From a virus (Duplodnaviria; Caudoviricetes): DNA of 64,000 bases. Shown piece after piece: positions 18,465 to 27,691 of the stretch. Position 1 is the stretch's first letter, and the number at the start of each line of letters is the position of its first letter. The position numbers and the translations under genes were made by a program. The stretch is from the IMG/VR virus record IMGVR_UViG_2515154169_000001, positions 1-64,000 of that record, one strand, 5' to 3'. The notes below the pieces were generated by a model that saw only the letters and a program-made list of their open reading frames with translations, was not told the DNA's origin and did not search any database.

Positions 18465-19910
18465 ATGTTCCACGGCTCGATCCCAGCGGACATGTGCCGC
18501 ATCGTCAGGGAGCACGTCTCCCTCTGGACCGACGTCACCGACGTCTACAACGTGTGCTGCGGGAACTTCACCGTAGAGAAGACCATCGCCAGCCTCGGCA
18601 AGAACCTGCACTCGTGCGACGTGCTGATGTACTCCACCGCGATCGGCCGGTACTACGCCGGCGACCCGTACCCGCTCGTCCTCACCCCGTCCGCCGAGGC
18701 CGAGTTCCCGTGGATCACCCAGTACCACGACGCCCCGGAGAAGCAGCTCGCCACGATGCTGCTGTGCACGCGCCTCGCCCCGCTCATGGGGAAGCGCTCC
18801 AACCCGTACTGGGACAAGATGCGCCTGGCCTACGAGCAGCAGTGGCCCGACCTCCACGCGAAGACCACCGCGAAGATCCTGGCCGCCGGCGAGTCGCTCA
18901 AGCTCGCCTCGTACGCCGCCGAGGACGCCCTGACGTGGGTCGACAAGATCCCCGACGGGGCCGGAGTCGTGTCCTATCCGCCGTTCCACGGCGCGGGCAA
19001 GAACTTCGTGAGGGACTTCGCGAAGCTGGAAGAGATGTTCGAGTGGACTCCGCCCGAGTTCACGATCATGGAGGATCCTGAGCTGGAGTACCTGATCCAG
19101 CGGATCACGGACCGGGAGCACTGGCTGCTCGGCACCAACGAGGAGATCCCGGAGATGGAGGAGTTCCTGCGCGGCCGGACCCGCACCACGAACCGCGGCA
19201 TCCCGATCTGGGTGTACGCCAAGTCCGGGCCGATCCGCCTCGTCCAGCCCCGCCAGCACACCGAAGCGTGGCCCGGCCCGCACCTCGCCGACGAAGAGAT
19301 CGGCGACACCGCCAGCCTCGCGGTCCTCACCTCGGGGCAGTTCGCGGCGCTGCGGTCGGCGTACATGAACCACAACATCCGGCCGGGCTCGGAGTCCCTT
19401 GCCGTCGCCGTCTTCGTCGACCGGAAGCTCGTCGGGGTGTTCGCGTACTCGTGGGCGCCGACCCTCGGGAATTGGGCCGCGCACCTGCCGCAGCAGCCCA
19501 GCGTCTACCTGCTGTCCGACTTCCCCGTGTCCACCAGCCGGTACGCGAAGCTGTCGAAGCTGATCGTGATGGCCGCCGTGTCCCGCGAGGCCCAGCTCCT
19601 CGCCTGGCGGCACGGACACCGCCGCTACCAGTCCCTCGCCACCACGGCGTTCACGAAGCGCCCGGTGTCGATGAAGTACCGCGGCGTGCTGCGCCTGCTG
19701 AAGCGCGATCAGAAAGACGTCCTCAAGGAGGACTGGGCGCACGGCATCGACCCGAACGACTCGTACTACGCGCAGCAGTACCAGCTGCAGTACGGCGGCC
19801 CGTACACCGGGAAGCCCATGCAGCAGGTCCTCACCGAGTGGAAGAAGCGGTACGCCAAGGACCTCAAGCCGGCCGCCGGCGCCCGCGCCGCAGCCGCATC
19901 CGGCGACTGA
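18465..19910 (+). CDS. Putative adenine-modification enzyme: N6-methyltransferase-like fold plus C-terminal Mom-like GNAT domain
   Basis: FHGS, VYNVCCGNFT, SCDV and SYPPF resemble degenerate Dam-type motifs. VFVDRKLVGVFAY, YLLSDF, SKLIV, TTAFT and SMKYRG follow a GNAT-like pattern. Confidence 0.7.
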   Translation: MFHGSIPADMCRIVREHVSLWTDVTDVYNVCCGNFTVEKTIASLGKNLHSCDVLMYSTAIGRYYAGDPYPLVLTPSAEAEFPWITQYHDAPEKQLATMLLCTRLAPLMGKRSNPYWDKMRLAYEQQWPDLHAKTTAKILAAGESLKLASYAAEDALTWVDKIPDGAGVVSYPPFHGAGKNFVRDFAKLEEMFEWTPPEFTIMEDPELEYLIQRITDREHWLLGTNEEIPEMEEFLRGRTRTTNRGIPIWVYAKSGPIRLVQPRQHTEAWPGPHLADEEIGDTASLAVLTSGQFAALRSAYMNHNIRPGSESLAVAVFVDRKLVGVFAYSWAPTLGNWAAHLPQQPSVYLLSDFPVSTSRYAKLSKLIVMAAVSREAQLLAWRHGHRRYQSLATTAFTKRPVSMKYRGVLRLLKRDQKDVLKEDWAHGIDPNDSYYAQQYQLQYGGPYTGKPMQQVLTEWKKRYAKDLKPAAGARAAAASGD

Positions 19911-19976
19911 CCGCCCCGCACCGCCCCCCGCCGCTGCTCACGGCCCCCACCTCACCGCGTCTGGAAGGACGACCCC

Positions 19977-20885
19977 GTGAAGATCAGCGTGCAGTCTGGT
20001 GACCCCCGCGACCTGACCCTCCTCGAACTTAACGCTAGGTACATGCGCCATGAGCAGTTCCAGCAGCTCGTCGGCAACGTGCGCCGCGACGGCGCCCTCA
20101 CGTCCACGCCGTTCGTGTGGTTCAACCAGGAGACCGGGCAGCGCATCGTCCTGTCTGGCAACCACCGCGTGAAGGCCGCCGTCGAAGCGGGCCTCGAAGA
20201 GATCCACTGGCTGGAGACCGACGAGGAACTGCCCGAAGGCCAGCGCCTCGGCATCCAGATCTCCCACAACAGCATCGTCGGCGAGGACGACCTGGCCATC
20301 CTCAAGACCCTGTACGAGCGCATCGACGAACTCGACTGGCGCGAGTACGCGGGCATCGACGACGCCACCCTCGAACTCCTCGCCGACCTCGACAGCCCCT
20401 CCATCAGCGAGGCCAACCTCACCTTCCAGACCCTGGCGATCGTGTTCCTCCCCGACGACCTCAAGGCCGCCCAAGACGTCATCCGTGACGCGCTCGCCCT
20501 GTCCTCGAGCGCAGACGCCGTCTGGGTCGCCCAGCTCCGCCAGTACGACCAGGTCATGGCCGGCCTCGACCTCGCCTCCAAGAGCCACGACGTCACCAAC
20601 GTCGCCACAGCCCTCGGCGTGATCCTCCAGACGTTCACCGACCACGCCGACGAGCTCGCCGACGGCTGGTTCGACCGCGACACCGGCGAAGCGCGGCATC
20701 ACGGCATGGCGCCGCTCCTCACGCTGCTCCACACCGACGCCATCCCCGCACAGTCCGCCGCGACCATCGAGCGGGCCATTCAGCAGGCAGTGGCACGAGG
20801 AGACGTCCCCTCTGAGCACCGGCACAAGGTCTTGGAACTGTGGGCACGGACCTACCTCGACACCCCTGCTCCGGCCACTACCTGA
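19977..20885 (+). CDS. ParB/Srx-like domain protein
   Basis: NARYM...LVGNV...VLSGNHRVKAA...ISHN. Confidence 0.8.
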   Translation: MKISVQSGDPRDLTLLELNARYMRHEQFQQLVGNVRRDGALTSTPFVWFNQETGQRIVLSGNHRVKAAVEAGLEEIHWLETDEELPEGQRLGIQISHNSIVGEDDLAILKTLYERIDELDWREYAGIDDATLELLADLDSPSISEANLTFQTLAIVFLPDDLKAAQDVIRDALALSSSADAVWVAQLRQYDQVMAGLDLASKSHDVTNVATALGVILQTFTDHADELADGWFDRDTGEARHHGMAPLLTLLHTDAIPAQSAATIERAIQQAVARGDVPSEHRHKVLELWARTYLDTPAPATT

Positions 20886-20914
20886 CACCGGCACACGACG
20901 GCCAGGACACGACG

Positions 20915-21562
20915 ATGACCACGAACCCGCCCATCACCCTTGATCCGGCCCTGGATCCCTGGGAACGGCAGCCCAAAGAGACCCCCAAGAAGCACGGCCA
21001 GTTCCTCACGTACCGTGACCTCGGCCGCGCGAGAACCTTGGTGAAGGCTGCGGAGGGCCTGACACTCGCGTACGGGCATGTGAGGAACGTCGCCGGAGAG
21101 TTCCGGTGGCGCGAGCGCGCCGAGGCCCACGACCGCCACCTGGACCGCCTGTACGAGGCCATGTGGCTCGAAGAGCGCCGCAAAGCAGCCGAGACCGACG
21201 CCAAGTTGCTCGGCGCAATCGTCGGCAAGCTGGCGCAGCGCCTCGGCTCGCTGAACGCCGCCGAGATGACCGTCGGCGACTTCGTGCGCCTCCTGGACGT
21301 CGCCATGCGGCACCGGCGCGTCCTGTTCGGCGACCCCACGGAGACGATCGCCCTCACCGGGCAGGGCGGCAACCCACTGGCCGTGCAACTCGCCGAGTTC
21401 GAGCAGCTACCCGCCGACCAGCGGCGCCTGCGCATCGCCGACCTCGCCGCGACCGTCGCCCGCCGCGTCAAAGCCGTCGACGGCAGCGACGACGAGGACG
21501 ACGGCAACGAAGGCGACTGCCCGGCCGCCGGCGACGAGGACGAGGGCAGCGAGGAGGAGTGA
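20915..21562 (+). CDS. Terminase small subunit-like protein
   Basis: PWERQPKE...FLTYRDLG...WRERAEAHD; stop overlaps the TerL start. Confidence 0.7.
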   Translation: MTTNPPITLDPALDPWERQPKETPKKHGQFLTYRDLGRARTLVKAAEGLTLAYGHVRNVAGEFRWRERAEAHDRHLDRLYEAMWLEERRKAAETDAKLLGAIVGKLAQRLGSLNAAEMTVGDFVRLLDVAMRHRRVLFGDPTETIALTGQGGNPLAVQLAEFEQLPADQRRLRIADLAATVARRVKAVDGSDDEDDGNEGDCPAAGDEDEGSEEE

Positions 21563-24370
21563 GCCGCCCGCCCGGGGACGCCCAACTGGTGCACGCCGAC
21601 GACGGCGCGGTGTACCAGCAGCTGGAGGCTGCCAGAAACGCGATGAGCCGGGACCTCCTGGCGAACCCGGTCACCCTGGCCCGGGGCCTCGACGCCACGT
21701 ACCGGATGCGCCCGCACCTTCGGGTCATCGGCGAGGCCCTGGCCCGACTACGACCGCCTGTTGATCATCACCCCGCCGCAGGTCGGGAAGTCCACGACGG
21801 TCGCCGAGTGGTTCCCGTTCTGGTGGCTGGCGATGCACCCCGAGGACAAGGTCGCCGTCACCTCGTACTCGGACGACCTGGCGCTCAGGCGCGGCAAGAC
21901 GATCCGTGCCTATGTGGAGGAGTACGGCGCCGAGTACGACCTGCGGCTGTTGGCCGGCTCCGGTGCCATGCAGGACTGGTCACTGACGAAGGGCGGTGGA
22001 GTCCGATCTGTATCAGTTGGTAAGGGTTTGACGGGGCATTCGGTAAACTGTGTGGCCGGTGACGTGGTGATCCGTACGCCGCGCGGTGACGTTCCCATTG
22101 GTGCATACGTCGGCTCCGGCAGCACGGACCCTGTGCTGGCGTACGACCATGACCACGAACGCGCGGTTTGGGCTTCCGTCACCGCTACGAGCGTGAGCGA
22201 GAGGGAGACCCTTGAAGTCGTCACCCGAGCTGGCCGAACGGTCCGCTGCACCCCAGAGCACCGGTTCTACGTCCCCGGCAGCGGGTACGTTGCTGCCGCC
22301 GACCTCCGCCCGGGAGACCCTCTCATCACGGGGCCGGACGTTGATCGAGGTGGCGTGCGTGCAGTGCAGCGAGACGTTCTGGCGGCTTCCCTCGGTACTC
22401 GCGAGAGCGCGACGCGAGGGGAAGCCGGGGCCGTTCTGCGGTCGGGCCTGCTCGAACAAGGCGCGGGGCGGGGCACCGCAGACCTGCGGACACTGCGGCA
22501 CGGCCATGCCCCGCGTGACGGGCAAGACGTACTGCTCGGCGGACTGTCGGAAGGCCGCGTTTCTGATGACGCTGACCTGCGACGTGTGCGGCGAAATGTA
22601 CCGACTCCCGCAGGCAGACCACGCGAAGAAGGTCCAACGCGGGCAGACGAAGTTTCTGTGCTCTCGCACTTGCTGGGCCAAGGCCAGGGCGCAGACCCGG
22701 GCGTGCGTGGGCTGCGGGACGGAGATGCCGAACCAGCAGTGGCGGCAAATCCGGTACTGCTCGCTGGCCTGCAAGGAACAGCACCCGAAGGAGCGCACAC
22801 GGAAGCTCCCCGAGAAGGCGTGCAAGCAGTGCGGCACGACGTTCCGGCCGAAGAGCAGCAGGACGGCCTACTGCTCACGGCCCTGCGCCGACCTGGCGCA
22901 CTCGCTGCGGATGACCGGCGAGGGCAACTCGCGGTACACCGACGGCACCTCGTATGCAACCTGGTTCCGAGCGATGCGCCCGCTGATCCTCGACCGCGAC
23001 GGGCGACGCTGCGTGGCCTGCAAGACACCCGAGACATTCATGACGATCGTGCGCAAGGGCAAGAAGCAGCGCCGCACAACGTTCCACGTGCACCACATCA
23101 ACGAGGACGTACGGGACAACCACCCGGAGAACCTGGTCAGCCTCTGCAAGACGTGCCATGCGGTGCACCACAAGTCGACTACGACGCCGTGGCCGTGGTT
23201 CGCCCGGTACGCGGCCGACCAGTCCGCGTCTATGACCTCCAAGTGGAAGGAACGAGCAACTTCTTTGCAGGCCAGGTACTCGTCCACAACTGCTTGATCG
23301 TCGACGATCCGCACAAGGACCGGGCCGATGCCGAGTCCGAGGCGTCCCGCAGGCACCTGCACGACTGGTACTCGTCGACCGCGTTGAAGCGTCTGCAGCC
23401 GGACCGGAACGCCGTGGTGGCCATCATGACCCGCTGGCACCCGGACGACTTCGCCGGCCGCCGCCTCGCGGAGGAAGGCCGCGTGGAGGACGGCGGCCGG
23501 TGGAAGGTCGTCCACCTCCCCGCGATCGCCGACCCGAAGTTCGGGCCCGACCCGCTCGGCCGCCAGCCCGAGGACCCGCTGCCGCACCCGAAGATCCCCA
23601 CCAGGGACCGGCGGGCGCTGCTGGCGTGGTGGCAGGACATGAAGCGCACGTCGATCGTGCGTGACTGGCACTCCCTGGCCCAGGGCGACCCGCAGCCGGC
23701 TGAGGGTGCGCTGGTGTCGGAGGAGCTGCTGCGCCTCATCCGCGACCCGGGCGAGACCGTGGAGCCGCAGAAGATCGCCGTGGCCATCGACCCCTCGGGC
23801 GGCGGCCGCGACGTCGCCGGCGTCATCGGCGGCTTCCTGGGTGACGACGGGCGGGTGTGGGTCACCGACGACGTCTCGGCGGCCATGTCGTCGGCCGAGT
23901 GGTCCACCGCGGCGTGCCGCCTCGCTCACCGTACGAACGCGGCGATCATCTACGTCGAGTGGAACTTCGGCCGCGACATGTGCGTGCTCGCCATCCAGAC
24001 GTCCTGGGAGGCGCTGCAGAACGCCGGGGAGATCCCCAAGGGTGTCCTGATGCCCGCCATCGCCCCGGTGCGCGCCAAGCAAGGCAAGCTGCTCCGCGCC
24101 GAACCGGTGGCGCAGCTGATGGTGCAGGACAAGGTGCGGCTGCGCGGGGTGTTCACCGACATGGAGCGGGAGTGGGCGACTTGGATGCCGACCGACCCGG
24201 ACTCGCCCGGCCGGATCGACGCCTCGTGTGTCCTGGCGTACGGCCTGATCCCCGAGGCCAACAAGGGCGCTATCGTCCACGCCCCGCTCCCCACCGCCCC
24301 GCAGCCCAGCCAGATCGGACGGCCGGCCACCGGCGCTGCCGCCGCGTACACCCGGCAGATCTCCCGATGA
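21559..24370 (+). CDS. Terminase large subunit with intein; frameshift near 21745
   Basis: Walker A TPPQVGKS, Walker B CLIVDDPHK after intein removal, MTRWHPDD, nuclease motifs VAIDPS and DSPGRIDA. The N-terminal part (GTG at 21559) is in a different frame. Confidence 0.9.
22049..23290 (+). mobile_element. Intein (414 aa) in TerL
   Basis: Begins CVAGDVVIRT, block B CTPEHRF, ends VYDLQVEGTSNFFAGQVLVHN, followed by Cys+1. Confidence 0.92.
22341..23297 (+). CDS. Zn-finger-repeat HNH endonuclease nested in the intein in the +1 frame (start uncertain; frame open from 22212)
   Basis: Repeated CxxC...FCSxxC units and RDGRRCVAC...HVHHINEDVRDNHPENLVSLCKTCHAVHH; high GC3 in this frame. Confidence 0.85.
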   Translation: MIEVACVQCSETFWRLPSVLARARREGKPGPFCGRACSNKARGGAPQTCGHCGTAMPRVTGKTYCSADCRKAAFLMTLTCDVCGEMYRLPQADHAKKVQRGQTKFLCSRTCWAKARAQTRACVGCGTEMPNQQWRQIRYCSLACKEQHPKERTRKLPEKACKQCGTTFRPKSSRTAYCSRPCADLAHSLRMTGEGNSRYTDGTSYATWFRAMRPLILDRDGRRCVACKTPETFMTIVRKGKKQRRTTFHVHHINEDVRDNHPENLVSLCKTCHAVHHKSTTTPWPWFARYAADQSASMTSKWKERATSLQARYSSTTA

Positions 24371-25140
24371 CCCGCCAGTCTGTCACGGTGATGGAGCCAT
24401 TGTGGCGACGGCCTGAGTCCGGCAGCCTAGCCTCAGCAGTCACAGCGAAACCATCTAATCGGCGAACCGGGCAGCCCGCGGCGAGCGTGTTCGTATCGTC
24501 AGCCCACATCAAGGGGAGGGGGCCCATGACAGAAGGATCTGACGGTGACGGGACCGGCAGGTGGGGTCCGATGGCCGGGGCAGTTGCATCGGTGCTCGCG
24601 ATCGTCGCCTGGCTGGGCGCGGGGAACATGCAAGAGTTGAAGGAGTGGGTGGTCTCTGACGGATCGTCTCCGATCAGCACCGCTACGCCGACGACGTATA
24701 CTCCGCAGCCCATGCCAACCCTTCCGCAGCCCGAACCGACCCCGACGGTTGAGTCGACATTCGGGAGAGACCCCGGGTGTACGGCGGGCTCTGCCGCTAC
24801 TGCCGCCGCGAACGCTGCCCTGGAGGGGGACGTGTCCCACTCCCAACTTGTCGGAATCGCATCCAGTTACACCGACGCCGCCGACGCCGCCCACGACGCT
24901 GATGTCAGATCGGCGCTCACCGCTGTGGCCGCGGACATGCGCTTCTTCGCCGATGCTCGCGAAGCCGGGAACTCCGATGCCATGACGAGTATCAGGAAGC
25001 AACTCTCGATAGACCTGGACCGTTATCTCGTAGCTTGCAACCCGAAACCGGCGGAATGAGCAGGAAGCAGCCCAGCCGGATCGGCCGGCCGGCCACCGGC
25101 GCCGCCGCGGCGTACACCCGGCAGATCTCCCGATGACCCG
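24301..25140 (+). repeat. 74-bp direct repeat of the TerL 3' end (24301-24374 and 25067-25140)
   Basis: GCAGCCCAGCC...CAGATCTCCCGATGACCCG with 4 mismatches, flanking one gene. Confidence 0.9.
24526..25059 (+). CDS. Membrane-anchored hypothetical protein (moron)
   Basis: RBS AGGGGAGG, TM helix, Pro/Thr linker, two Cys. Confidence 0.7.
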   Translation: MTEGSDGDGTGRWGPMAGAVASVLAIVAWLGAGNMQELKEWVVSDGSSPISTATPTTYTPQPMPTLPQPEPTPTVESTFGRDPGCTAGSAATAAANAALEGDVSHSQLVGIASSYTDAADAAHDADVRSALTAVAADMRFFADAREAGNSDAMTSIRKQLSIDLDRYLVACNPKPAE

Positions 25141-25358
25141 TCACCCGCCCAGCCGCGCCGGGATGCGACACCACCGCGGCGGCCGCACGCTGAGACTGGA
25201 GTGAGGGCATCCGAATCCCCCCGAGGAGCCCTCGTTGCATTGAGTAGGGCCCCCGCTGCGCGATCGGCGGGGGCCCGCCCTGTGCCTTGATCCGGCCTTC
25301 TTGGGAGCCATCCACCGCTACCGTGCGTCCCCTTGTCCAGAGATGCGAGGAGGAGCAC

Positions 25359-26171
25359 GTGCCAGAGACGGGGACCCCGAGGCGAACCAGACTGCGTCTG
25401 GCCAGGCAGCGGCCTGGTCCGACACGCGTTCGGGCCCGCGAAAGAGTTGAAGTGGTTGATCAGCAAGAACCGGACCCGCCGCAGCCCTGGTGGCGTCGGA
25501 TTCAGTGGACTGGGGTAGGGGCGACGGTCACGGTTCTCCTGGGTATCGGGAGCCTTGCATTCACCGCCTGGTCCACCTACTACGGCGCCCGTGTCGCCTC
25601 CGACCAGCTCGCACAGGGGCAGGAGGAGGCTGAACTGAGGGCGCGCGGCCAGGCCATGCGGGTCTCCGTCTATGGGAGCCAGGGGTCCGACCGCCGTCAA
25701 CTCCTGCACCTGATCAACGGGTCATCTGACCCAGTTCAGCGTGTGCACGTCCAATTCCGTACCAAGATTGGCGATAAGGGCCAGCCCCAGCTAGCGGTGA
25801 ATTACACGCTGGAGGAGCCGAGCATTCCGCCGTGTTCAGTGCTTGTCTACGACTTCGCGAAGTTCATGTACCGGCTGGACACAGCCAAGCCGCCCCTTGG
25901 CGACCTCCCAAAGCGCAACGCTCCACTAGTGCCACCTAACGAATGGCACAAGCAGCCGCGCATCGAGTGGTTGGATCTGGAGCGCTTTGTCTTCAGTGAC
26001 CGCGATGGTATCGGGTGGCTACGGCGTTGGAACTCCCTGGAGCGACTAGGCGGCAACGCCGTGGCCGTCAGCCCGCGAGATTCTCATGCGCGCAAGGTAG
26101 GGACGGGCGTCTTGCGGGGGGAACCTCAGGTGAAACCTGTGCCAGCCTGTGGCGGTGGTGCGGCCGGCTAA
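25359..26171 (+). CDS. Single-pass membrane protein, paralog A
   Basis: RBS GAGGAGGAG, TM helix, DQL...QA.RVS, PPC, FSDRDGIGWLR. Confidence 0.7.
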   Translation: MPETGTPRRTRLRLARQRPGPTRVRARERVEVVDQQEPDPPQPWWRRIQWTGVGATVTVLLGIGSLAFTAWSTYYGARVASDQLAQGQEEAELRARGQAMRVSVYGSQGSDRRQLLHLINGSSDPVQRVHVQFRTKIGDKGQPQLAVNYTLEEPSIPPCSVLVYDFAKFMYRLDTAKPPLGDLPKRNAPLVPPNEWHKQPRIEWLDLERFVFSDRDGIGWLRRWNSLERLGGNAVAVSPRDSHARKVGTGVLRGEPQVKPVPACGGGAAG

Positions 26172-26337
26172 CCGCTGGGGGAGGAGGGCCGACGGTTGCG
26201 GGAGTGCACACGTCCCCGCGCCGACCGAACGCTGCCGCCGACACCCGGTATGGGCCCATCCTGTCTTGATCCGGCCTCCAAGGGAGCCAGCCGTCGGTAC
26301 CGTGCGTCCCTCTGTGCAGAGCAGCGAGGAGGAGCAC

Positions 26338-27117
26338 GTGCCGGGCTACGCCACCCCACGACGTACGAGATTCCGACGAGCGAGGCACGCGCCTGGTCCC
26401 AGCGGAATCCGGCCCCTTGGGCGAGCCGAAGCAGGTCAGGGAGAAGAAGGGGCCCAGCCAGCGGAAGCGGGTCCGAGGCACGGGAAGCTTGTCACCTGGG
26501 GTGCGGTCATCACGATCGTTGCGAGCGTCGGTGGCCTGCTGGCAACCGGCGTTGGCACGATCTACAGCGCCCTCGTGGCGAATGACCAGTTGACTCAATC
26601 CCAAGAGCAGCGCGAAGACCAACAGCGAGAGCAGGCATCGCGTGTGTCGGTCTGGGTGGCTGACAGCGGTGTACACGTGCTGAATCGATCTCCAGATCCA
26701 GTGGTTGATGCCCGCGTCACCTTCTATGCCTGGTGGCCAGATTTCACGAGGTCGAGCAACAAGAGGCACGTGCGAGACGTCACCTTCAACATTGTCCTGG
26801 GAGACCTACCGCCCTGCACGGACACCGTGATGGACCGCAAAGCCTTGAGGTTCATGGAGGGCACGCCTGCGTGGACTCCGCCACAACCAGGGGTGAGCAC
26901 CAAGCCACTTCCGGACGTGGCCGTCATCAGCGGGCTAGGCATTTGGTTTGTAGACCGCGACGGCGTGGAGTGGAGTCGCGTGACGGGTGACCTCGGCCGC
27001 GATGACGATGACTCTGAAAACGGCAGCATTGGGCCGGGCGCAGGCCAGCTGGGGATTGTCACGAAGGAGCCGCAGGTTCGGCCAGCGTCGGGCTGTGGGA
27101 GTGAGGCTAAGAGCTGA
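26338..27117 (+). CDS. Single-pass membrane protein, paralog B
   Basis: Same upstream block and motifs as paralog A (FVDRDGVEWSR). Confidence 0.7.
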   Translation: MPGYATPRRTRFRRARHAPGPSGIRPLGRAEAGQGEEGAQPAEAGPRHGKLVTWGAVITIVASVGGLLATGVGTIYSALVANDQLTQSQEQREDQQREQASRVSVWVADSGVHVLNRSPDPVVDARVTFYAWWPDFTRSSNKRHVRDVTFNIVLGDLPPCTDTVMDRKALRFMEGTPAWTPPQPGVSTKPLPDVAVISGLGIWFVDRDGVEWSRVTGDLGRDDDDSENGSIGPGAGQLGIVTKEPQVRPASGCGSEAKS

Positions 27118-27349
27118 CCCCGCTGGGGAGGAGGGCCGACGGCTGCGGAGGTGCACACGCCCCGCGCCAGCCGAGCACGCAGCCGGTTCCCGATACGGGC
27201 AGCCTACACAACCCGGCCCGTAGCGCCCTCAATCCGTCGTGATCGGAAATAGCGGGCCTGACCTGCGAATTCGCTCACGGACGCCCGGATCGGTGATCCC
27301 CCTATGATATCCGCCGACATCCGGCGGATCTTCACCAGAGGGGCGAACC

Positions 27350-27691
27350 TTGATCGGTCCCGTTGAACTCGCCCTGCTAGGGCTCGCGGGGTACCGCGGC
27401 ACCCAGCTGCTCGTCCATGACTCCATCCTCGATCCGGCCCGTGACAAGGTGTTCGCCTGGCACCTGGAGCGGCCCGAGTCGAAGCCCCGCACGTTCGTGA
27501 TCACCCTGATCTCGTGCGTGTACTGCACCGGCTGGTGGGTCGCCGGGGCCATCCTCGCGACTTACCTCCTCGCCACCGGCCGGTTCGACCAGGCGCCGCT
27601 GCTGGTGCACGGCATCGAGTGGCTCGCGGTCGCGGGCGCCGCGGTGCTGATGAACCGTGTCGACGACACGATGGGCCGGGTGGGCTCATGA
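27350..27691 (+). CDS. DUF1360-like membrane protein
   Basis: YRGTQLLVHDSILDP.R...LISCVYCTGWW; TATGAT -10-like box at 27303. Confidence 0.75.
   Translation: MIGPVELALLGLAGYRGTQLLVHDSILDPARDKVFAWHLERPESKPRTFVITLISCVYCTGWWVAGAILATYLLATGRFDQAPLLVHGIEWLAVAGAAVLMNRVDDTMGRVGS

Noticed and set aside
24301-25140. Duplication as a DGR template/variable repeat pair
   Set aside because: Mismatches are not restricted to adenines and no reverse transcriptase is present in the window.
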